Below are positions 47,461 through 58,062 of a DNA stretch of 64,000 nucleotides, one piece after another. The position numbers were made by a program, and so were the translations under genes. Every line of letters begins with the position of its first letter. Within the stretch, counting starts at the first letter, position 1. The notes under the pieces were generated by a model. The model did no database searches. It was given only the letters and a program-made list of their open reading frames with translations, and was not told where the DNA came from. The stretch spans positions 1,088,001 through 1,152,000 of the forward strand of contig OZ219747.1 in NCBI GenBank assembly GCA_964291265.2, written 5' to 3'. Origin of the DNA: Alphaproteobacteria bacterium. GTDB taxonomy: Bacteria; Pseudomonadota; Alphaproteobacteria; SP197.

Positions 47461-48843
47461 ATGGCAGCCAGCACGAACATTCTCGAGACCATCGGCAACA
47501 CGCCGATGGTCGAGGTGAGATCCTTCGATACCGGTCCCTGCCGCCTGTTCCTGAAGCTGGAAAACCAGAATCCCGGGGGGTCGATCAAGGATCGTCCGGC
47601 GCTTTCCATGGTAGAGACCGCGGAGCGGTCGGGGGCCATCGGGCCCGGCGGTGTGTTGATCGAAGCGACGGCCGGGAACACAGGCATCGGCCTTGCCCTC
47701 GTGGCGCGCCAGAAGGGCTACCGCCTGCTTCTCGTGATACCCGACAAGATGAGCCAGGAAAAGATCTTCAACCTGCAGGCGATGGGAGCGGAAATCCGCC
47801 TGACGCGGTCGGATGTCACGCGGGGGCACCCTGAGTACTATCAGGATCTCGCCAGCCGTTTGGCCGACGAGACTCCCAACAGCTTTTTCGTCAACCAGTT
47901 CGGCAATCCGGCGAATCCGCTGGCTCACGAACAGGGGACGGGGCCGGAGATCTGGGAGCAGATGGAGCACAGGGTGGATGCCGTTGTCTGCGGCGTGGGT
48001 TCGGGCGGCACCATAACGGGGGTTGGCCGCTTCTTTGGCCGACAGGCGCCGCATGTCGAGATGATACTGGCCGATCCCGTCGGATCGGTGCTGGCCGACC
48101 AGGTCAACACGGGCACCCCGGGCCCGTTGGGATCCTGGCTTGTCGAGGGCATCGGCGAGGATTTCATTCCCGAGGTGAGCGATCTTTCCCTTGTCTCGAA
48201 GGCCTACAAGGTGGCGGATGCCGAGGCCTTTGCCGCGGCGCGCAAGCTCCTCGTGGACGAAGGCATCCTGGCAGGTTCGTCGTCCGGCACCCTGCTTGCG
48301 GGCGCGCTGGCCTTCTGCCGTGAACAGGATGAGGAGAAGAATGTGGTGACGCTGGTCTGTGACAGCGGCAACAAGTACCTCTCCAAGATGTACAACGACT
48401 ACTGGATGCTGGATCAGGGATTCCTCGAGCGCGAGAATCACGGCGACCTGCGCGATCTCATCGCCCGGCCCCATACCGACAGGGCCTCCGTCACGACGTC
48501 ACCGGACGACACGCTCGCCATCGCGCTGTCGCGCATGAAACTCTATGACATCAGCCAGTTGCCGGTCCTGGTGGACGACAACGTGGTCGGCATCATTGAT
48601 GAATCCGACATTCTGTGGGCCATTCACCGCCGTCATGGCGCCTTCACGGACAAGGTGGCATCGGCGATGTCGGTGAGTCCTGAAACCGTCGAGGCGTCCT
48701 CGGACATCGACACTCTGATGACCATCTTCCGCCGTGACCTGACGGCGATCGTCGTCGACGGTGACGCCTTCCTTGGAGTCATCACCCGTATCGACCTCCT
48801 CAACTGGTTGCGCAGGGAGCGCCGCCCCGGGGCTCCTGTGTGA
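47461..48843 (+). CDS. cbs: Cystathionine beta-synthase (PLP domain + CBS pair)
   Basis: NPGGSIKDR, GVGSGGT, VEGIGED, C-terminal CBS domains. Confidence 0.85.
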   Translation: MAASTNILETIGNTPMVEVRSFDTGPCRLFLKLENQNPGGSIKDRPALSMVETAERSGAIGPGGVLIEATAGNTGIGLALVARQKGYRLLLVIPDKMSQEKIFNLQAMGAEIRLTRSDVTRGHPEYYQDLASRLADETPNSFFVNQFGNPANPLAHEQGTGPEIWEQMEHRVDAVVCGVGSGGTITGVGRFFGRQAPHVEMILADPVGSVLADQVNTGTPGPLGSWLVEGIGEDFIPEVSDLSLVSKAYKVADAEAFAAARKLLVDEGILAGSSSGTLLAGALAFCREQDEEKNVVTLVCDSGNKYLSKMYNDYWMLDQGFLERENHGDLRDLIARPHTDRASVTTSPDDTLAIALSRMKLYDISQLPVLVDDNVVGIIDESDILWAIHRRHGAFTDKVASAMSVSPETVEASSDIDTLMTIFRRDLTAIVVDGDAFLGVITRIDLLNWLRRERRPGAPV

Positions 48844-48847
48844 ACCA

Positions 48848-49342
48848 TCAGGCGGGTAAGGTCCGGTATATGTGATAGCGGCCCCGAGCGACGCCCGCGG
48901 GGAGATCGAGAGTGGTCCAGGCGGTGCTGGGAAGGGGTTGATCTCCCATGACGACGGCGCCGCCGGCGAGAAGGGGCGGCAAGGCTACGGCGAGCCGGCA
49001 GGCGAGTTCGAGACTCGCCTGGCGATCACCCGAACCGATATCGGCATGGGCAAGGATGGCCGACGGTCCGAGACGGTGCGCCGCAAGGGGCAGCGTGACT
49101 GCCAGGTCGCCCAGGAACATGTGGCCGTCATCGGGGATGCAGTCGGGATGGGCAGCGATCCTGCGGTCGAAGCAGTAGATGTTCCGTTCCGGAAAGAGAC
49201 AGCGCAGGTGGTCGTACGTGCGGCCGTTGCCGAGCCCGATTTCGAGGATGTGTCCGGGCCGGCCATCGACAAGGACGGCGGCCTCGTCGAGACACAGACG
49301 CTGGGCCTCGAGGCGGCGGATGGCGCTGTCGAGCCGGCTCAC
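48848..49342 (-). CDS. Small SAM-dependent methyltransferase
   Basis: SRLDS.IRRL.AQ, E.GLGNGRTYDHLR. Confidence 0.75.
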   Translation of the reverse strand: MSRLDSAIRRLEAQRLCLDEAAVLVDGRPGHILEIGLGNGRTYDHLRCLFPERNIYCFDRRIAAHPDCIPDDGHMFLGDLAVTLPLAAHRLGPSAILAHADIGSGDRQASLELACRLAVALPPLLAGGAVVMGDQPLPSTAWTTLDLPAGVARGRYHIYRTLPA

Positions 49343-49347
49343 GCGAT

Positions 49348-49806
49348 TCAGGTGCCGGCCCGGGTGGCCATGGCGTCGCGCAGCATCGTCGTCGTCTTCT
49401 CCACCCGGCGGGCAAGTTCGCGCATGATCTCGATCGAGATCGACGGGAACTGGTTGATCAACTGGAAGAAGAGCTCCTTGGAGATCATCAGGGTCTCCAC
49501 CTTCGTCACCGCCTTCACCGTCGCCGTGCGCGGCACGTCGCACAGGATCGCGTTCTCTCCCAAGAGGTCGTTGGGGCCGAGGGTCGCCACCTTCACGGCG
49601 CCGGACTCCGATTCGACAAGGACATCGGCATCGCCGGTGATGATGATGTAGGCGGCGTCACCCTCGTCACCCTGGCGGCACAGGAGGTCCCCCGGGGCGA
49701 AGGTCAGGCGTTGGGCCGTGAAGGCAAGGAGCTTGAGCCGGCTCGGCTCGATCCTCGAAAACAGCGGAATGGTGCGCAACAGGTCGACTTCTTCCTGCAG
49801 ACTCAT
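49348..49806 (-). CDS. Stand-alone cyclic nucleotide-binding protein
   Basis: QGDEGD.AY, GE.AILCDVPRTATV. Confidence 0.88.
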   Translation of the reverse strand: MSLQEEVDLLRTIPLFSRIEPSRLKLLAFTAQRLTFAPGDLLCRQGDEGDAAYIIITGDADVLVESESGAVKVATLGPNDLLGENAILCDVPRTATVKAVTKVETLMISKELFFQLINQFPSISIEIMRELARRVEKTTTMLRDAMATRAGT

Positions 49807-49824
49807 GATCCACGTTCTCCCATG

Positions 49825-52503
49825 TCACTCACGTTCCATCAGGCCGGCAAGAACCGAGCTGTCGCGGTCCATCAGTTCCGCGAAGGCGCCGCTCTCGACG
49901 AGCTTGCCGTCCTTCATCACGAGGACCTGGTCGAAGCGGGCCGCGTCGCTCGGCCTGTGCAGGACCCAGATCAGGGCCCTGTCTTGAAACTCCTCGCGAA
50001 GATTGTCCATGACAGCGGCCTGGGAAGCTCCGTCGAGCATGGCGGTCGCCTCGGAGAGCACCATGATGGCCGGGCGCTTGAGGACGGCCCGGGCGATGGC
50101 CGTTTTCTGGCGTTGTGCCGGCGTGAGCCGGGCGCCGCCGATGCCGACCCCGGTCTCGAGACCGAGTTCGATCACCAGCGGTCGAAGATCTAGGTCGCGG
50201 ATGACCTCGGCCATCAGCTGTCCCACCTTTTCCCGGGACCCGGCCATGCCCCAGGCAATCTTGCCGAAGAGGATGTTGTCCTGGAGTGACAGGGCGGGAT
50301 TGTACTCTGTCCGGTCGAAGAACGAGATGGCATCCCCGAGGTCATCGGGCAGACTCCCGGAAAAGGCATGACGCACCTCGACAAGCCGGGCCTGCATGGC
50401 GTCGTCGATCAGGCCGAGGCGGTGGCGCGCAGGGGCGAGTCGGAAGGGAAGTGCGAGGAATCGCTGGCGTTCCTCTTCTTCGAGACTCGTCTCCCCGCTG
50501 CGTTCCAGCCTTGTGAGCAGCCTGCGGTACTCGGGAAGATCGTCCGGTGAAATGAAGGAGAACTGGAGAAAGAACTCGTGATCCGCCGGCAGGTCGGCAA
50601 AGAGCTCGACCATGGTGCGGGCCACTTCGCATCCCATGGCCAGGAACTCGTCAATCAGCCCGGCCCCGGCGAGGAGAGACATGACGTGGTCGTTTTCCGG
50701 CAGGCGGTCAGGATCGAAGGTGTCACCGACAGGGGTGCCGAAAAGAAGGTTCTCGCCGACTGTCGCATTGGTGTTGTAGGTGTCGCGGTCAAAGGGTTCG
50801 ACCAGGCCTGTGAAGGTGTCGGACGCGAGGCGCCCCTCGAGAATGCGCCGCGCCTCAAGGAGCCTTTCCGCTTCCCGGGGCCGACTTGCCGGATCAAGCT
50901 GGCGCCTCAGTCCCATGCGGTAGACATCATCCTCGAAATCGGCGACGGCCAGGGCGCGACGCACCGCATCGATCAGCCCGGACCGACCGTCCACACCTGC
51001 GAGACCGAGGTTCACCCAGTCATCCTCGATGTCATCGGGACTGTTGGCGGTCAACTGACGTTCCCGTGCCTGACGGACCACAGCATTCTCCATCCCCTGC
51101 GGGACGCTCCGCGGCGCCTGCGGAGTCTGGCGCAGTCCGTAAAGAAGATTGTCGAGGAGCGTTGCGGAAAACAGCGACGTCGAGGCCCCGACATAGCCAA
51201 TTCTGCGTCCCAGGGTGGCTTCCGGGAGGTTGCCGGCGTCCTCGTTGCCGTAGACGAGACGGCCCTGGCCGGCGTCAACGAGACGGGCCAGCAGCGGTGC
51301 GACCCTGTCCCGTCCGCTTGCCGCATCGCCTGTGACAGCGACATGGCTGTCGAGGGGAATGTCGAGATTGAGACCATCGATGAGGGTGTCGTCGTCCTCG
51401 ATGTACTTCACGCCGGTTGCCGCCAGACTCCCCGTGAACGGCGCGATTTCGCGGTCGTCGAAGACAACCGCATCGCTTCTCATGCCGGCCGGCGCGAACT
51501 GGGTGACGACCTGATCGTACTTGATCCTGGCGTCCTCTCGAATCTGGTAGTGGTTGAGCAGCTCCTTCCAGGGAGGCGGCAGGTCCTTGTAGGCGGCGAG
51601 GACGGCAACGAGGCCACCGAGGGTGAGCGAGCCATCGATCACGAACCAGCCGCCGATGGCGTAGAAGAAGAAGGGCGTGATCTGCGCCAGGAAGTTGTTG
51701 AGGAACTTGATGAAGAACTTCTTGCGGTAGATCCGGTAGCGGATGTCGAAGATCCGTCCCATGCGTGCGGCAAACTCTGCCGCCTCCCGGCGCGCCATGC
51801 CGTTGGCGTGCAGCTCCTCGATTCCCTGAACGGTTTCCGCGATGCGCTCCGAGACCTTGCGCACTTCCCGCACCCGCTCCTTGGCAAGGAGATTCACCTG
51901 ACGCTGGAGTTTCGGGATGATCCAGCCTTGCATGGGGTAGAGCGCCACCGAGGCCAGGCCCATCAGGGGATCCTGCATGAAGATGAAGAGGAGAGCCGTG
52001 ATCAGGAGTCCGCCCTGGTACATGGGCAGGGCAAGGGCATCGCCGATGAAGCCGCCGAGGGGTTCGACTTCCTGTGTCACCATGGGGATCAGTTCACCGG
52101 AGCTGACATGCCGGAAGTGAGGCGAGGGAAAACGCAGGATCCGGCTGTAGAGCTGGTAGCGCAGCCGCCGCAGCATGCGCTCTCCCAGAAGGCCCTTGTA
52201 GACATTGATGACGTACTTGAAGCCGCCGTTGGCGAGCACGAGCGCAAGGAAGAGACCGCAGTAGAGGGCCAGCAGATCCAGGCGCTCCATCTCGCCCAGG
52301 GGAATGCCGAGGACGACGAGTGTGCGCAGGTCGACCGAACCGGGAGCAGGGGAGGCCGGGTCCGCCAGCACGTTGTTGACGATGAGCTTTGGAATGTCGA
52401 GGGAGGCGTAATAGAAGGGCAGGGACAGCAGCGTGAAGAGCAGGATGGACACCTGCTCCTTGCGCGAATACCGGAATATGAACTTGTAGACGGTGGATTC
52501 CAT
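49825..52503 (-). CDS. ABC exporter (TMD-NBD) with degenerate, insert-split NBD
   Basis: Six-TM domain; Walker A GDAASGRD, signature LTPAQRQK, Walker B VLSEAT. Confidence 0.8.
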   Translation of the reverse strand: MESTVYKFIFRYSRKEQVSILLFTLLSLPFYYASLDIPKLIVNNVLADPASPAPGSVDLRTLVVLGIPLGEMERLDLLALYCGLFLALVLANGGFKYVINVYKGLLGERMLRRLRYQLYSRILRFPSPHFRHVSSGELIPMVTQEVEPLGGFIGDALALPMYQGGLLITALLFIFMQDPLMGLASVALYPMQGWIIPKLQRQVNLLAKERVREVRKVSERIAETVQGIEELHANGMARREAAEFAARMGRIFDIRYRIYRKKFFIKFLNNFLAQITPFFFYAIGGWFVIDGSLTLGGLVAVLAAYKDLPPPWKELLNHYQIREDARIKYDQVVTQFAPAGMRSDAVVFDDREIAPFTGSLAATGVKYIEDDDTLIDGLNLDIPLDSHVAVTGDAASGRDRVAPLLARLVDAGQGRLVYGNEDAGNLPEATLGRRIGYVGASTSLFSATLLDNLLYGLRQTPQAPRSVPQGMENAVVRQARERQLTANSPDDIEDDWVNLGLAGVDGRSGLIDAVRRALAVADFEDDVYRMGLRRQLDPASRPREAERLLEARRILEGRLASDTFTGLVEPFDRDTYNTNATVGENLLFGTPVGDTFDPDRLPENDHVMSLLAGAGLIDEFLAMGCEVARTMVELFADLPADHEFFLQFSFISPDDLPEYRRLLTRLERSGETSLEEEERQRFLALPFRLAPARHRLGLIDDAMQARLVEVRHAFSGSLPDDLGDAISFFDRTEYNPALSLQDNILFGKIAWGMAGSREKVGQLMAEVIRDLDLRPLVIELGLETGVGIGGARLTPAQRQKTAIARAVLKRPAIMVLSEATAMLDGASQAAVMDNLREEFQDRALIWVLHRPSDAARFDQVLVMKDGKLVESGAFAELMDRDSSVLAGLMERE

Positions 52504-52652
52504 GGGTCCCGGTCGGCCATCCGTTCTCGAGGATACTAGGTTTGCATGGCCTCGGATCAAGGTTCTGCGAATGTGCTGGCGTTCATCCGGTGACGGCAGG
52601 ACGGCGAGTGTGTCAGGATGCGCGCCGTCCCTTGGACGGAGACGGGTGTGTC

Positions 52653-53882
52653 ATGAGCAAGGTGCCGGAGCGCCCTCGCGTCCTGATCTACAGTCATGAC
52701 AGTTTCGGACTGGGGCATCTGCGCCGATGCCGGGCCATTGCCCATGCCATGGTGGGGGCCGTCGACAACCTGACCGTCCTCATTCTCTCGGGCCTTCCCA
52801 TCATCGGCAGCTTCGATTTTCGTGCCCGGGTGGATTTCGTGCGTGTTCCCGGTGTCATCAAGCTGCGCAACGGGGAGTACTCGCCGCTCAATCCGATGCT
52901 CGACATCGAACAGACTATGGCGCTGCGCGCTTCCATCATGCGGCACACAGCCGAGATCTTCGATCCCGACATTCTCCTCGTCGACAAGGAGCCCCTCGGA
53001 CTGCGTGGCGAGGTTCGCGATACGATCGACATGCTCAAGGAGCGCGGCACCAGGATCATCCTCGGTCTGCGTGACGTCATGGATGATCCTGAGCTCCTCA
53101 AGCCGGAGTGGGAGCGCAAGAACGCCGTGCCGGCCCTCAGCGATCTCTACGACGAGATCTGGGTTTATGGCCTGCCCCAGATTCACGACCCGCTTGCCGA
53201 GATCGAGGTGCCCGATTCGGTGCGCCGCAAGGTGATCTACACCGGATATCTCAGGCGTACGGTGCCCTTGCTGGGCCCTGAAGCCGAACTCCCGGACGGC
53301 ATTGAGGAGCCCTTTGTTCTCGTCACCACGGGCGGTGGAGGCGATGGAGACCTCCTGGTCGATCGGGTCCTGATGGCCTACGAATGCACCATGGCGCCAG
53401 AACTGCCGGCTCTCGTCGTGTTCGGGCCGTTCATGCAGCCCGAGGTCAAGAGCGACTTCCAGGCCAGGATCGACCGCCTGGACCGGGTATCGGCCATCAC
53501 CTTCGAGACCCATCTCGAATCGCTGATGGCGCGGGCGGCGGGCGTGGTGGCCATGGGGGGTTACAACACGTTCTGCGAGATCCTGTCATTCGACAAGCCG
53601 GCGCTCATCGTTCCAAGGCAGGCGCCGCGCCGCGAGCAGGTCATCCGGGCCAGCCGCGCCCGCGAACTCGGTCTGGTCTCCATGCTGACCGAAGAGGCCT
53701 CTGCGCGGGCCGATGCGATGGCGACGGCCATTCACCAACTCCCGCAGCAGCGCCGTCCAGGCCAGGTTGTGGTTCCGGGACTTCTCGATGGTCTGGAGAA
53801 TGTCAACAGGCTGGTCGGGATGCACCTCGCCGAAAGCCGCACAAGCTCGTCCCGGCGCCACGCCCTGCGCCAGCAGGGTTGA
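52653..53882 (+). CDS. Glycosyltransferase (COG4671-like)
   Basis: YSHDSFGLGHLRR, GGGGDG, MGGYNT, PR...R.EQ. Confidence 0.85.
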   Translation: MSKVPERPRVLIYSHDSFGLGHLRRCRAIAHAMVGAVDNLTVLILSGLPIIGSFDFRARVDFVRVPGVIKLRNGEYSPLNPMLDIEQTMALRASIMRHTAEIFDPDILLVDKEPLGLRGEVRDTIDMLKERGTRIILGLRDVMDDPELLKPEWERKNAVPALSDLYDEIWVYGLPQIHDPLAEIEVPDSVRRKVIYTGYLRRTVPLLGPEAELPDGIEEPFVLVTTGGGGDGDLLVDRVLMAYECTMAPELPALVVFGPFMQPEVKSDFQARIDRLDRVSAITFETHLESLMARAAGVVAMGGYNTFCEILSFDKPALIVPRQAPRREQVIRASRARELGLVSMLTEEASARADAMATAIHQLPQQRRPGQVVVPGLLDGLENVNRLVGMHLAESRTSSSRRHALRQQG

Positions 53883-55019
53883 TCGTCAGGCAACGCGACG
53901 GTGAACGAGCACACTTCGCGCCAGCCACAGCGCCGGCAGGAGGAAGAGCGGTATCGAGGTGAGGATGAATGTCGACCAGCCCAGGGTCACGGTCAAGGCG
54001 CCTGAGCCAAAGGATGCAACGGCAGCCCCGAGTGCGATGAGAGTCTCGTTGAGCCCCTGCACCCGGGACTGATCCTCCGGCCGGACGTGTTCGGCAAGGA
54101 GGCTTGTCGATCCGATGAAACCGAAGTTCCAGCCGACTCCGAGCAGGACAAGGGCCAGATAGAAGTTCTCCAGGGCAACGCCGGACCAGGCGACGAGGGC
54201 CGCCGCCGCCAGCAGCGCAAGACCGATGGCCATGACGCACCGCGATCCCCAGCGCTCGATCAGCGATCCGGTGAAGAAGCTCGGGCCGAACATGGCGACG
54301 ACGTGCCAGCGCACCACATCGGCGGACTGATCGGTCGACAGCCCGCAGTCAGCCATCGCGAGGGCTGTGGGCGTCATCACGAACACCATCATGGCGTGGG
54401 CGGAGGCAGCGCAGATGATGGCGGTCACCACCGGCGGGCTGCCAAGGATCCGACCGAGCGGCTGAGCCGCTGTCCGTGACCGCGGTGGAGGCTTGGCAAG
54501 ATCGAGAAAGAGGACCGGCAGGCATCCGGCAAGGCAGATGAGCACGATGGCCGCATAGGCGCCGGCAAAGGGCACGGGGAAGAAGTAGTCCCGTGTGTGG
54601 ATCAGGATCTCCGGGCCGAGCAGCGCGGCAATCAGGCCCGAGCCGGTGATGATGGCGATCGCCTTGGGTTTCCAGGGCCCGTGGACGGCATCGGCGGCGG
54701 CGAAGCGGAAGTACCACAGGCTGCTCTGCATGGCGCCAAAGCACACGTGGGCGAGGCAGAGGTAGATGAAGTCCCTCTCGAAGAGCGCCACGGCGCCCAG
54801 CCAGCCTCCCACCATGGCGCATCCGGCGCCGCCGAGAAACCCGGCGCGGCGGCCAAATCGTCCCATGAGCAGGGAAACAGGAGTGGCCGTCACCATGGCG
54901 CTCAGCATCTGCAGGGAAATGGTGAAGGTGGCAAGACTCGGCACCGGCGCCGCATAGGCCCCGGCGAGGCCTCCGTAAGCGTTCGGCCACGCGGTGATTG
55001 TTGGTGATATTCACCGGTT

Positions 55020-55318
55020 GAGGATGCGTTTGGGAGGCGCACCACGTGGCGGTTCGCTGTTGGGTCCGAAGACGATGGGTCCGGGTCGGGTTGCTCGTCG
55101 TTGGGGTGGCGGCAGGGTGATGAGGCCGTCGCGGTGCATGGCCAGAAAGGCGACATTCGCCATCATGTTCTTGAGGCCCCGTCGGGCTTGTATCAGCCGG
55201 TCTCGCGGCAGAAGGCGCGGGCGATGGCCGCACGGGTGGGGTGCTGGGTGATCAGGGAGCGCAACAGCGCCATCTCGTGCGCGGTGAAGTCACGGCCGTC
55301 GTAACGGCACTCGATCAC
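55020..55318 (-). pseudogene. Truncated DUF4338 N-terminal fragment inside IS66
   Basis: GTG start overlapping the transposase stop; RYDGRDFT..E..LLRSLI...FCRETG*YKPDG / LKNM...AMHRDGLITLPPP. Confidence 0.65.
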
Positions 55319-56143
55319 CCCGGTTCCATGAGGTCCCTTCGACGCTCCGGGGGCATCGACCATGGCAGCCACGGGTCGAGGTCATCCGGCGGCTTGCCGC
55401 CGTTCTGCGCGCAGGCCTCAAGCCACTCATGAAGCCAGCGCCGAACATTGATGTTGTTCATGGCAAGGGTGCCGATGACCGAGTACATGATGGCGGTGAA
55501 GGCGGCGCCTTCCTCGCTGTCGGAGCCGAAGCTCAGCTTTCTCGCGGTCACCGCACCCCGGAGGGCTCTCTCGGCAAAGTTGTTGTCCATGGGCACCTGG
55601 GGATGGTCGACAAAGACGCACAGTCCCTCGCGGTGACGGATCAGGGAACGCAAGGGCTTCGCTTCGCGTGCACCCTCGGGCAAGGCGTCGAGTTCCTCCT
55701 GAGCCTGCCTGAACAGCGCCTCGACAGCCGCACGAAGGTCCTTCTGCAGGGCATTGAACCTCGCTGACTGACGCTTGCGTGCGGGATCGTAGTGCTTCAG
55801 CCGTTGCCCATTCAGTGTGTAGATCAGCGCGATCCTGTCGAGCCACTTGTCGCACCACTCTTCCAGCCCCTCCTGGCCTGCCGCAGCCTCGATCACATCG
55901 CGCCTGGAGTGCGCCCAGCAAAGGCAGAGGATCACCTTGCCATCAAGCTCACGCTCCAGTTTCCTGTAGACCACGTAGCGGTCGCAAACAAGGAAGACGA
56001 CACCTTCGGTGGAGGCGAACAGCACCATGGCCACCCGGGCGCTGCGTGACGGGTCGATAAGGAAGAAGACGGAGTCGGCGCTGACCGCGGTCCACAGCCA
56101 GGCCTTCTGCGAGCGCCCCGAGGCCTTGAGGGAGGGGGATGCG

Positions 56144-58062
56144 GTGTGCCAGGCGAACTGGCGGAAGGTAGGGGGGGAAAGTCCCCTGAAACGAAGGAGT
56201 AACCAAACCACGTTTCTCCGCGAGCCGTGCGTCGGTTCCCGCGAGGGGGCAGGCGAAGCGTCGGTAGCGGTACGGATGGGCAGGGCTAATGAGCACCGAA
56301 AAGTCCGTTGTTCGGGGTGCCGAGGCTTTCGCATCGGTCGAAGGCAACATCGCAGGCATCGATTTGGTGAGATGTCGGCGAGCCCCGCGGTGTCGGAGAA
56401 CCCATGCACGTCCGCACGCCTTCTGTTGGGACCCTGGGAGGTCTTCGAACTATCCCGCCTGTCGTGGCGGGACCGTGTAGGGAAAGGAGAAAGCCGAAGC
56501 CTATGAGGAACGGTTTGAAGAAGTCGGATGGGGCCGTAAGACCGGTGAAGGCGGCGAACAAGGGAGCGTCAGCTTCTGCGGAGTCGCTGGAGGAAAGGGC
56601 CTCAACCAAGGGGAATCCGGGACGCCAAAGCACGCACCGAACGCAGTGTCGGGCAAGTGTGCCACAGGCGGCGGACCGGATACGGGAAGCTGCAGAGAGG
56701 AACCCGAAGGAGCGTCTCACTGCACTCTTCCATCACATTACGCCGGACGCGCTCCGGGCGGCCTACTTCGGTTTGAAGAAGGAAGCCTCGGCAGGTGTCG
56801 ACGGCGTGACGTGGGCGGCGTATGGCGAGGGTCTGGACGAGCGCTTGCTTGATCTGCACTCGCGCCTGCATCGTGGGGGAGCGTACCGGGCGCCGCCGGT
56901 TCGGCGGGTTGAGATACCCAAGCCGGACGGCGGGACACGACCGCTCGGGATTGCCGCACTGGAGGACAAGATCGTCCAGAAGGCGGTTGTGGATGTGATC
57001 CTGACACCGATTTATGAGGTGGAGTTCCTTGGCTTCAGCTACGGGTTCCGACCGGGCCGAGGGGCGCATGACGCTCTCGACGCCCTGGCGTTCGGGATCG
57101 AGCGGCGCAAGGTCAACTGGATAGTCGACGCGGACATTCAGGGGTACTTCGACACAATCCCGAGGGATTGGTTGATCAAGTTCCTGGAGCATCGCATTGG
57201 CGACAGGCGGGTGATCCGTCTGATCCGCAAGTGGCTGAACGCTGGCGTCATGACCGACGGATCATGGAGCGACACCGGTGCGGGCACGCCTCAGGGCGCC
57301 ATTGTCAGCCCCTGCCTGGCGAACGTGTTTCTGCACTACGTGCTCGATCTGTGGTTTCACAAGGCATGGCGTCCGAAGGTTCCGAACGGTAAAGCGATCA
57401 TTGTCCGCTACGCGGACGATATTGTGGTCGGGTTCCAGCATAAGCGGGATGCGGAGACATACCTTCGCGACGTTCGGGAGAGGCTGGACCGCTTTGGTCT
57501 CACCCTTCACCCGGACAAGACCCGTCTCGTTGAGTTTGGACGGTTTGCCAAGGCGAACCGGCGATCTCGCGGGGCGGGCAGGCCGGAGACGTTCGACTTC
57601 CTGGGCTTCACGCACTTCTGCACGGAGACCCGGAGAGGACGCTTCAGGCTTGGTCGCAAGCCGGTCGCAAAACGGGTCGCAAGGACCCTGGCGCGCATCG
57701 AGGAGGTGCTTCGCAATCGACGGCATCACGACATATGGGAGGTCGGCATGTGGCTTGGGCGAGTTGTCAATGGCTGGTCCAACTACTTCGCCGTTCCGGG
57801 GTCGACCCGATGGCTGCGCACGTTCCGCCAAAGGCTGCAACGCCTATGGCTGCGAGCGATCCGCCGCCGCTCCCAGCGCCACTGCTTTGACTGGAAGCGA
57901 TTGGAGCGCATGACCGAGCTTCTTTGGCCGCGCGTCTCCATCCGCCACCCATGGCCGGACCAGCGGTTTACCGTCAAGCACCCGAGGTAGGAGCCGGATG
58001 GATTAACGTCCATGTCCGGATCTGTGCGGGGGGTGCGCAGCAATGCGCATCCCTACCGCGAC
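56144..58062 (+). mobile_element. Group II intron, antisense to the IS66 transposase
   Basis: 5' GTGTG; domain V GAGCCGGATG...GTCCGGATCTGTGCGGGGG; domain VI ending CCTACCGCGAC; EBS1 CGCATC (56330-56335) pairs with exon end GATGCG. Confidence 0.92.
56503..57990 (+). CDS. ltrA: Group II intron reverse transcriptase/maturase, no endonuclease domain
   Basis: GVDG, IPKPDG..RPLGI, SYGFRP, GTPQG, RYADD, FDFLGF; ends HPWP..RF. Confidence 0.95.
   Translation: MRNGLKKSDGAVRPVKAANKGASASAESLEERASTKGNPGRQSTHRTQCRASVPQAADRIREAAERNPKERLTALFHHITPDALRAAYFGLKKEASAGVDGVTWAAYGEGLDERLLDLHSRLHRGGAYRAPPVRRVEIPKPDGGTRPLGIAALEDKIVQKAVVDVILTPIYEVEFLGFSYGFRPGRGAHDALDALAFGIERRKVNWIVDADIQGYFDTIPRDWLIKFLEHRIGDRRVIRLIRKWLNAGVMTDGSWSDTGAGTPQGAIVSPCLANVFLHYVLDLWFHKAWRPKVPNGKAIIVRYADDIVVGFQHKRDAETYLRDVRERLDRFGLTLHPDKTRLVEFGRFAKANRRSRGAGRPETFDFLGFTHFCTETRRGRFRLGRKPVAKRVARTLARIEEVLRNRRHHDIWEVGMWLGRVVNGWSNYFAVPGSTRWLRTFRQRLQRLWLRAIRRRSQRHCFDWKRLERMTELLWPRVSIRHPWPDQRFTVKHPR

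Noticed and set aside
55190-55200. TGA in the DUF4338 fragment as selenocysteine
   Set aside because: It replaces an expected Trp and is followed by a frameshift, so ordinary decay.
56404-57990. Retron, DGR or defence-type reverse transcriptase
   Set aside because: Clear group II intron ends, domains V/VI and EBS1-IBS1 pairing; no template/variable repeat pair seen.
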